A stretch of 49,840 nt of DNA. Origin: a virus (taxonomy: Duplodnaviria > Caudoviricetes). The notes under the pieces are model-generated. The model had not been told where the DNA came from, made no database searches, and saw nothing but the letters and a program-made list of their open reading frames with translations. Shown piece by piece: positions 8,016 to 14,684 of this stretch. The first letter of the stretch is position 1; the number at the start of each line of letters is the position of its first letter. The position numbers were made by a program, and so were the translations under genes. The stretch lies in the IMG/VR virus record IMGVR_UViG_3300037692_000155, positions 1 to 49,840 of that record; one strand, written 5' to 3'.

Positions 8016-8100
8016 GCCCTAAAGTGTACAATTCCGTTTAGTTTTACCCCTTTTCTGGTTTTCGTTTAACGCCTTCAAAGACCGGGCGAGTCGATATAAA

Positions 8101-8283
8101 CTACGTGCCGCCATCTTCACAGATTCCTTTCTCTACTTTTTCCAGACAGGCCGGACAGGTGTCGCAGAAAAGATCACGCGCTGGCCCTGCCACCTCGTAC
8201 GCTTCGATGAACCCGAAAGCGAGCAGCCCAAAGAGCAGACTGCCTATCATCCCGGTTATTGCGCTTTTATCTTTTTCGTGCAT
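8101..8283 (-). CDS. small membrane protein with Cys-rich tail
   Basis: MHEKDK start after GGAGAGGG; one TM helix; CDTCPAC. Confidence 0.5.
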   Translation of the reverse strand: MHEKDKSAITGMIGSLLFGLLAFGFIEAYEVAGPARDLFCDTCPACLEKVEKGICEDGGT

Positions 8284-8518
8284 TGCTGCGCCCTCTCCCC
8301 TTACAGGCGGGGCACGGTGCGGCCCCGCTCTTTTCGGTGTCATCCTGCGCCAGATTCATTACCCGGCCATACCCATTGCATGTAGTGCACGCCTGTCGGC
8401 ACCCGCCGCAGGTTCTAGGGTGTCCCGGTGGCTCTTTGCCCTTGATTATGTCATCGAACCACTCACCGCACATCTGGCAGCAAGCACCGTCTAGGATGTC
8501 TTCGGCAGCCTCACCCAT
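8267..8518 (-). CDS. Cys-rich zinc-finger protein (DnaJ-like CxxCxGxG)
   Basis: MGEAAEDILDGACCQMCG...CGGC..CTTCNGYG...CPACKGRG. Confidence 0.6.
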   Translation of the reverse strand: MGEAAEDILDGACCQMCGEWFDDIIKGKEPPGHPRTCGGCRQACTTCNGYGRVMNLAQDDTEKSGAAPCPACKGRGRSNARKR

Positions 8519-8793
8519 TGGGTCAATCCCCCGTAACGCGAAGCGGTTGCAGATAATACATGAAACCGGCAAACAGCATGGTTACTAGAAACACCTTCCA
8601 AAACCGGGGGTATTCCGCGTAAAGCAAATACCCGGCAATGCAGTGGCCAAAAGCCAGCCCGTATAAAAGAGGTATAAGAAAACTCATTTTTTGTCCTTTC
8701 ACAATTATAAGAAGCTAGGCGGGCGCTACCGATCCATAACGGAAAAGACCTGTGCGCCCGCTTCGCCCTCACTGTGGAGTGAGCCTGTTCTTC

Positions 8794-9273
8794 TTAATTA
8801 ATGTTGCTATCCAGCAGCATGTCCTTGATCTCTCTAGCGGCCTTATTGAGCGCCTGATCGACTTCAAGAAGAACCTTTGTTTTTCTGGACAGGCCTCTTG
8901 TTGACATGCTTTTTTCTGGCGTCTTATCTCCGTCTGACAACCCAGCCATGCGCTCCAGACCGCTCCGGGCACCGCCTAGGGCGGCAGTGTCTGGATTGGC
9001 CGCGAATGCCGCGGGGTTTCTAAGGCCATGAAAAATCTTGGTTTTTTCATTTGCCGCCCCTATCGGGTCAAGCGTTTGTTCAATGCGCTCTAATATATCT
9101 TGCGCAACCATCTTCACGTTTTCCTTGACCTGATCTTCAACCTTTTTGCGGTTTTCGGGGTTTTTCTCTTCCCTTTTATTCATATCAAGTTCGAGAAGAG
9201 TCAATATCAACAGCCCGGTAAGGCAACCTTCTATCTTGTCGGATAGTTCTTTCTTTGTCTCATTGGTAAGCAT
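8794..9273 (-). CDS. hypothetical protein
   Basis: ORF track, 159 aa; TTGACA element upstream at 9333-9338. Confidence 0.7.
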   Translation of the reverse strand: MLTNETKKELSDKIEGCLTGLLILTLLELDMNKREEKNPENRKKVEDQVKENVKMVAQDILERIEQTLDPIGAANEKTKIFHGLRNPAAFAANPDTAALGGARSGLERMAGLSDGDKTPEKSMSTRGLSRKTKVLLEVDQALNKAAREIKDMLLDSNIN

Positions 9274-9346
9274 TTTCTCTAAGTCCTTCCTTTAAGTGAA
9301 TACGACGTTTTGTAGGGTAGTTTGGTTGGTGTTGTCAAGCGGCCTA

Positions 9347-9760
9347 TTATTCTTCCGGGTAGAATTTATCTTTCCAATTGTCCGGAATTTCGCCGAAAGG
9401 ACATTCGCCGACAAGCGCGATTCCGTAATACTGGTTTCCGCTAGAGCCGACGACGTACGGCTTATCAATTTTCGCGTACCTGCCCGCGGCTTGGGGGTCG
9501 TGGTTAAAGCCTTTGTAAAACTCAATCTCTTTGGTGTCGAAATTAAGGATATAGGCATACTCGCAAAACAGACTGTCCCGCGCAAATTCCGCCGCATCCT
9601 TATTATAGACGCCAAGTTTCAGCAATAAGGCCGGGTCGCCTCGCGCCCCTCGGGTTACACAATACCAGTCGTCTAGCGATTGGCGGCCAACTTCAAGGTC
9701 TATGATATTCAATTGCCGCGCCCGCTCGATGGTTTCAGGGTCCACCGGGTCATTTTCCAT
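9347..9760 (-). CDS. hypothetical protein
   Basis: MENDPVD start after GGGAG; DSLFCEYAYILNFD motif. Confidence 0.6.
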   Translation of the reverse strand: MENDPVDPETIERARQLNIIDLEVGRQSLDDWYCVTRGARGDPALLLKLGVYNKDAAEFARDSLFCEYAYILNFDTKEIEFYKGFNHDPQAAGRYAKIDKPYVVGSSGNQYYGIALVGECPFGEIPDNWKDKFYPEE

Positions 9761-9938
9761 TGCGGCTCTCCCGGTCAAGGTCATTCGGTATGTACAAACC
9801 CCAATACGGCCAGCCGTTTTCATCGGCCTTTTCGACCCAGACGTTTCCGCGGTCATCCAGCGCGTATAGCTGGCAGTTGTCTATTTGCACCATCTGGACC
9901 ATGCGCGGGTTTTCCGCGATTTTGCTTTCGCTTGTCAT
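9750..9938 (-). CDS. hypothetical protein
   Basis: MTSESK start after AAAGGA; LYALDDRGNVW motif. Confidence 0.55.
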   Translation of the reverse strand: MTSESKIAENPRMVQMVQIDNCQLYALDDRGNVWVEKADENGWPYWGLYIPNDLDRESRNGK

Positions 9939-9957
9939 TTTTAATAATCCTTTCCTC

Positions 9958-10377
9958 TCAATAAAGATAAATTTTTCCATCATCACCTATAACCGGACTG
10001 ACTTCCGGGAAGGGAGTCCGCCATCCGCAAGCGTCTTGCAGCGTATGGAGTCCATAATCGAAGAAACCGGCACCGTGCCCGTTCCGGGAAAGCCAGAAGC
10101 AAATCCCGGCTTGGTTTGAATCAAACCCTTCATCGTCAGGCAATAAGTATGCCTCTTGCAGAAGCGCGTCGTTATCTTTCTGGAACTTCTCGCAGTCAGA
10201 GATAATAGAGCGTAGCGCCATTTTGGACAGGTCATAGAAGGTTTTATCCTCGAACTCCGGGTTATCGGGTCCGCCCTCTGTGAATAGAAGTGCCTCGATA
10301 TATCCCCGCGTAAAATCATCTAAATGACTTGGGCTTTCCGGCAATGGTTGTTCAATAGCCGCAATAATTTCTGTCAT
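9958..10377 (-). CDS. conserved phage hypothetical protein
   Basis: FTRGYIEALLF...FWLSRNGHGAGFFD...GDDGKIY; ACTGTGGAG RBS. Confidence 0.7.
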   Translation of the reverse strand: MTEIIAAIEQPLPESPSHLDDFTRGYIEALLFTEGGPDNPEFEDKTFYDLSKMALRSIISDCEKFQKDNDALLQEAYLLPDDEGFDSNQAGICFWLSRNGHGAGFFDYGLHTLQDACGWRTPFPEVSPVIGDDGKIYLY

Positions 10378-10446
10378 GTTTTTAATCTCCACAGTGTTTT
10401 ATAGTTTAAATGTCTTATTTGACCTTTGCGCCGATGTCGAGTCTTG

Positions 10447-10593
10447 CTATGCGAACATCGTAAAAAGCGGACCCCCGGCATTATCACAGGCACATTTAGC
10501 CATCCTTTTTGAGCGAAAAACATACATCATGTTTTCCGCAATTTCGCTTTCCACCTTGCAGGTGCCTTTGCAGACTAATACATAGACTTTCAT
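10447..10593 (-). CDS. small hypothetical protein, 48 aa (not in ORF track)
   Basis: GAGG RBS then MKVYVLVCKGTCKVESEIAENMMYVFRSKRMAKCACDNAGGPLFTMFA; first ORF after the promoter at 10681. Confidence 0.45.
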   Translation of the reverse strand: MKVYVLVCKGTCKVESEIAENMMYVFRSKRMAKCACDNAGGPLFTMFA

Positions 10594-10652
10594 GATTCCT
10601 CAATATCCACAGCGGGTTTACTTTTTGATATATAAGCATTTAACAGGTACGA

Positions 10653-10681
10653 GTCTTACTACACTTTGTCGTATTTGTCAA
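10653..10681 (-). promoter_or_regulatory. sigma70-type promoter
   Basis: TTGACA-17 nt-TAAGAC. Confidence 0.6.
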
Positions 10682-10720
10682 GTTTATTTGTGGCCCCTGC
10701 TTTGGGAAAATGGAGTTTCT

Positions 10721-11079
10721 GGGGACATCGTTGTTTTTATTAGCCTTTTTGCCTGTTTTGGACGGGCCTTAAAGGGTCTTTTTTGTAGGGGACAAAGCAG
10801 GGGACATCGTTGTTATAATTGGTTTTTTTTATCTTATTGTCCGCTACTATTACTATATTTATATATATATATATGTATATATGTATATAGGGAAACGGCG
10901 GAACGCGGAACGCGTTTTTCTTCGCAGGGTTCTTGTCTTGACTCCCTGCTCGCGACTGTACCAACTTAGGGAGTTTTCAGGGGACATAGGGGACAAGGGA
11001 CTCTTTTCCTATTTATCCTTGTATTTTCAAGGGGTTAACTTTTGGCCCCTATCCTTTTTGTAGGGGACACTAGGGGACA
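10721..11079. repeat. seven direct GGGGACA repeats flanking an AT-rich core; candidate replication origin
   Basis: GGGGACA at 10721, 10788, 10800, 10980, 10989, 11063 and 11073; (TA)n-rich tract at ~10853-10889; non-coding. Confidence 0.65.
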
Positions 11080-11202
11080 ACCTATGGACAAAATGGCGCT
11101 TTCTTTCCGTGTTTTCAATCTGTTAGCCTGATTTTTTGGGCGGCCTGTTCCGCCCGTAACCATGGCCAAGAAGGTGTTTTTTACCTTTGAGCTATGTCTG
11201 CG

Positions 11203-11478
11203 CTATCCCGGGAAGCCTTTGAGCGCGTGAATCCGCCGAAACCTGTAAAGTGATTGTCTAGCGTCCGTTTCGTTCATGCTTTCCAAAGCCAGATAGTTAC
11301 ACGCCAGCCAGACACTAGCCGGAATAGGCGTTAAGCCATGCTCATAGCGCATTATCGTCTTTTCAGACTTTTCGAGTATCTGGGCAAGCTCGACAATACT
11401 CCAGCCCATAGCTTTGCGAAACCGGCGAAAGTTTTCACCTTCGCCGGGACTCGCCGGTTTCTCTATTGGCATTGACAT
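11203..11478 (-). CDS. XRE-family HTH protein
   Basis: FRRFRKAMGWSIVELAQILEKSEKTIMRYEHG..PIP. Confidence 0.8.
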   Translation of the reverse strand: MSMPIEKPASPGEGENFRRFRKAMGWSIVELAQILEKSEKTIMRYEHGLTPIPASVWLACNYLALESMNETDARQSLYRFRRIHALKGFPG

Positions 11479-11930
11479 AGCCTTCCTATCGCCTTGCGGG
11501 CCTCGCAGAGCGCGTCCGGTAATAATTCGTTAGCAACGTCCATCAAATAAGAATTAGGCTCATAGTCCGGCCTTAAATCGTCTTTGGGGTAATTGCATTC
11601 AATCCCCCAGAGTGAAGCCGCTGAGTCTGTTAAAGTCACTCCGGCACGCTCGACAGACAAAACAAGACCACAATAAAACCATTCATCATTCAGCCATGCC
11701 GCCATTACCGCTTTTGCCCGTTCAGTCAGTTGGCCAATGCGTTTTATGTTTTCCCTTCCAACGTAACCCGGTTTGTCCGGGTTTGCACTTGGCCAAAAAC
11801 CTTCGTCTCTTTCGTCCGGTTTATCCGGGCAATCATCGCGGACAATCCGGGCAGTTATCAGGAAGCCGTCAATCTGACAGACGATTGAATCGCCTTCGCA
11901 TATATAATTATCGAATCCAGTTTTAAACAT
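11463..11930 (-). CDS. conserved phage hypothetical protein
   Basis: ORF track; AWLNDEWFYCG...ASLWGIE motif; AAGGA RBS. Confidence 0.7.
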   Translation of the reverse strand: MFKTGFDNYICEGDSIVCQIDGFLITARIVRDDCPDKPDERDEGFWPSANPDKPGYVGRENIKRIGQLTERAKAVMAAWLNDEWFYCGLVLSVERAGVTLTDSAASLWGIECNYPKDDLRPDYEPNSYLMDVANELLPDALCEARKAIGRLCQCQ

Positions 11931-12030
11931 GGTTATTTCCTTCCAGTAGTTTTTAAGGGTTAATCATCTTGGAAGGGAACCTGACAAAGAGTCCGATTCC
12001 CTTCCTTGTTTTCCACTGTGAGGAAAACGG

Positions 12031-12144
12031 TTAATGGACGGTTACAACTTGGCAGTCGATAAGCGTTTGCAGTTCGTCCAAAGAACATTCTGTCAGGTCT
12101 ATCCAATCCGCGATTGACGGGACATATAAAGGTTCATGTAACAT
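12031..12144 (-). CDS. small hypothetical protein, 37 aa (not in ORF track)
   Basis: ACTGTGGAG RBS then MLHEPLYVPSIADWIDLTECSLDELQTLIDCQVVTVH. Confidence 0.5.
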   Translation of the reverse strand: MLHEPLYVPSIADWIDLTECSLDELQTLIDCQVVTVH

Positions 12145-12173
12145 TTTAGGGCACTCCACAGTTTAATTGATGC

Positions 12174-12224
12174 GACATTGCACCATAGACTCCCGGCAAT
12201 GCCGGGAGTCAGTGCTACAATGTT
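12174..12224. other. long intergenic hairpin (possible RNA processing site)
   Basis: Perfect GACTCCCGGC-AAT-GCCGGGAGTC, extended by CATTG..CAC / GTG..CAATG. Confidence 0.55.
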
Positions 12225-13329
12225 ATCCGGCCATTGCCAGAACTTTCCCGGCTTCCCGTTCCACGTCCACCCGGTTATCAGTGTTATTCAGAGTCTTGGC
12301 ATAAGCAGTCATGCCCGTTGTAATGTCCCATAGTGACTCCATGGGTTTCCCCTCTTCCCGTTCAAAAGCGGCTTCATACTGACTGGCCTTTGCCTTGCCA
12401 TAGCGCTTTGTCAGGAATTCGGTGACGTTGTCCACTTTCGACTCTTGCGCTTGCCGCAAGTGGTTTTCCACAGTAGACGCCGCCGAATTCGAATATTCGA
12501 TTAAGACGGGCGAAATTTCTTCCAGCCATTTGTCCGGCGCACTTACGGTATGCCGCAAGCGGATTTCCTTGTATTGTTCCGCCCCCCAGACAATGCGATT
12601 CGCGCATACATAGTCAAAAAGGAAAAAAGCCGCCCCGATTGTCTTATCACCTACTTCTGAATTCCAGACAAAGAAGCCGCGGCTCAATTGTCCGGGTTTT
12701 CCGTCTCTACGGTTCGGTAGTTCGATTCGGTTATGTTCGTCCGCAAGAAAAACAAACATGTCCCTGTCACTGGCGAAAAGAGTCGTATTCGCTTTTGTAA
12801 CCACGTCTAGCGACTTGCCGAATTCGCCGGGAACTGTCCATTGTCCGGTTACACCATCGCCGAATTTATGCACTAGGGAATCGACTATGTCATAGTCCCA
12901 GATTCGGCCATAACGTGGCCCTGTTGCGGCTCTCAAGTATTTGGTGGTTCCGGTTTCATCCGCTTCAACAAGGACTCCGATGTCCGAAATATCGCGTTCA
13001 TATTTTAAACCGTAGTTCAGGCAATCGGCGGCCATTGGAGCGGGAAGGGTTCGAAGGTATGAAGCTGGAGCACCTGCCAATTGTGAGAGCTGGCCAAAAG
13101 CCCAGTTGGTTGGCTCAACCGGAATCCCGTTCGGGCCTTCAATGTATAATGATTTATGATCGCCCGGATTGTCGGAAGGTATGGCTTGCAGGTGCCTTGA
13201 ACTGACAACCTTCCCAGCGGAACGCCGTCTTTGATTGCGCTTAAAATCTTGCAGGTCATACAGGCTGGTAAACCTTTGATCTTCGGGCCTGTTAGACCAT
13301 TCTTTTGAAGCTTGCATAAGATGTGTCAT
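12223..13329 (-). CDS. DUF932-family phage/plasmid protein
   Basis: EWSNRPEDQRFTSL, PTNWAFGQL, LRAATGPRYGRIWD, LFASDRDMFVFL, RGFFVWNSEVG, VCANRIVWG; start MTHLMQ. Confidence 0.75.
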   Translation of the reverse strand: MTHLMQASKEWSNRPEDQRFTSLYDLQDFKRNQRRRSAGKVVSSRHLQAIPSDNPGDHKSLYIEGPNGIPVEPTNWAFGQLSQLAGAPASYLRTLPAPMAADCLNYGLKYERDISDIGVLVEADETGTTKYLRAATGPRYGRIWDYDIVDSLVHKFGDGVTGQWTVPGEFGKSLDVVTKANTTLFASDRDMFVFLADEHNRIELPNRRDGKPGQLSRGFFVWNSEVGDKTIGAAFFLFDYVCANRIVWGAEQYKEIRLRHTVSAPDKWLEEISPVLIEYSNSAASTVENHLRQAQESKVDNVTEFLTKRYGKAKASQYEAAFEREEGKPMESLWDITTGMTAYAKTLNNTDNRVDVEREAGKVLAMAG

Positions 13330-13368
13330 TTTTTGATTCTCCACAGTGTTAAAAGGTTTGTAGGACGT

Positions 13369-13397
13369 TATATAGAGTAAATGTCTCTATAAGTCAA
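13369..13397 (-). promoter_or_regulatory. leftward early promoter
   Basis: TTGACT-17 nt-TATATA. Confidence 0.6.
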
Positions 13398-13437
13398 TAG
13401 TTCCGTTCCGTCATATTGTGGGAAAGGAAAAAGGGGA

Positions 13438-13467
13438 TTGATTGAATAGTTAGCATGATGATAGAAT
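13438..13467 (+). promoter_or_regulatory. rightward promoter for terS
   Basis: TTGATT-18 nt-TAGAAT with extended TG; the ATG follows 6 nt later. Confidence 0.5.
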
Positions 13468-13473
13468 CCCGGA

Positions 13474-13950
13474 ATGTCAAAGCCGCTAACGCCTAAACAG
13501 GAAAAATACGTGGAATTCCGGCTGAAAGGGCTGGATAGTAGAGAGGCTTGCGAGCTTGCCGGGTATAATTGGCCGGATAGAGTCCAATGGGATTTGAAGC
13601 ATAATCCCTATGTCCAGAAAGCCCTTTATGAGCGGCAGATTGCCTTGCTTACAGACGGTTTACTCACAAAATCTTTTTACCAGTTAAACGAAATACTGAA
13701 AGAAGACAGCCAAGCACCTACAGGCATTAAGCTGAAAGCTGCGCAATTCGTAGTATCTAAAGCTATGGAATTACAGGCAATGAATACCGCCAAGGACATT
13801 ACGGAAAAGAATCCATTGGACATGAGCCAAGCGGAACTTGAGATTTTCATCATGCGCGGGCGGGTAGTTATGCAAAAGGAGACAAAGAAGCATGACGCCA
13901 TGAAGTCGTTAGGGGTTATTGAAGACGATATTATCGAAAATGAAGATTAG
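13474..13950 (+). CDS. terS: terminase small subunit (putative)
   Basis: LTPKQEKYV...EACELAGY HTH typical of TerS; first rightward gene. Confidence 0.65.
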   Translation: MSKPLTPKQEKYVEFRLKGLDSREACELAGYNWPDRVQWDLKHNPYVQKALYERQIALLTDGLLTKSFYQLNEILKEDSQAPTGIKLKAAQFVVSKAMELQAMNTAKDITEKNPLDMSQAELEIFIMRGRVVMQKETKKHDAMKSLGVIEDDIIENED

Positions 13951-14230
13951 TTTCTATAATATATATTATCACACAATGACAATCTAAGTATATCAAGGGG
14001 TTAAGCCTGTCCAGCTATATCAACTGCCTTATTACGGTAAATGTATGTGCCTGTATGCGGACATATAGCGGGACTGGGGGAGGGTTAGGCTACCCGGCAA
14101 GCGGCCTATACGGCTGGCCCGCCCCTAGGGGAGGGGCGGGGCGGGGGGCGTAAAATCATCGCGGCCCCCGCATAGCTACAAAGGGGTGGTGGAAAACCCC
14201 TACCCACAAAATGTCGGCAAGGCTTTGCTG

Positions 14231-14259
14231 TTGCAAGAGAAAACCCCTTCCGGTATCAT
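14231..14259 (+). promoter_or_regulatory. promoter for virion genes
   Basis: TTGCAA-17 nt-TATCAT; a similar TTGTAG-17-TATCAT lies at 23629-23657. Confidence 0.55.
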
Positions 14260-14294
14260 AAAGGCTACAAGGGGACCAAGGGAGGATCGCCCAC

Positions 14295-14672
14295 ATGACC
14301 AGAAACACCACCTATGCCCGTTCGATGCGGGATGACATACCGGCCATTAATGCACAGACCGGCACCGCGTACACGTTAGCCCTTGCGGATGCGGAACCAA
14401 ACGCGCTCTTAACCCTTTCCAACGGCTCGGCTATAACGCTTACGGTCCCGCTCAATGCCGCGGTGGCCTTCCCGTTAGGCTCGGAGATCAACTTTGCGCA
14501 AATCGGCGCTGGGCTGGTCACAGTTACCGGGGAAAACGGAGACGACGACGCGACGGTCCAGCCAGCCGCGGGCGGCACCCTCGCCCTTACCGGACAATAT
14601 TCGCAAGGGACTTTGCGCAAAATCGCTGCGGACACTTGGCTTTTGACAGGCGACCTTGAACCCGCCACATAA
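14295..14672 (+). CDS. small virion/tail-associated protein
   Basis: INAQTGTAYTL..AD...ITLTVP...FPLGSEI...Q.GAG beta-rich domain common in phage tail proteins; GGAGG RBS. Confidence 0.7.
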   Translation: MTRNTTYARSMRDDIPAINAQTGTAYTLALADAEPNALLTLSNGSAITLTVPLNAAVAFPLGSEINFAQIGAGLVTVTGENGDDDATVQPAAGGTLALTGQYSQGTLRKIAADTWLLTGDLEPAT

Positions 14673-14684
14673 GAGGATATTTTG

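Larger units (their letters stand above)
6900..8035 (-). mobile_element. remnant of an IS1595-family element with a passenger gene
   Basis: Transposase remnant plus a candidate terminal IR GGAATTGTACACTTTAG at 8035-8019 enclosing a promoter and gene 7595-7975; no second end found. Confidence 0.5.

Noticed and set aside
10592-11063. ORFs 10592-10969, 10740-10964 and 10881-11063
   Set aside because: They run through the TA tract and GGGGACA repeats, giving YIYI-type translations; most likely non-coding.
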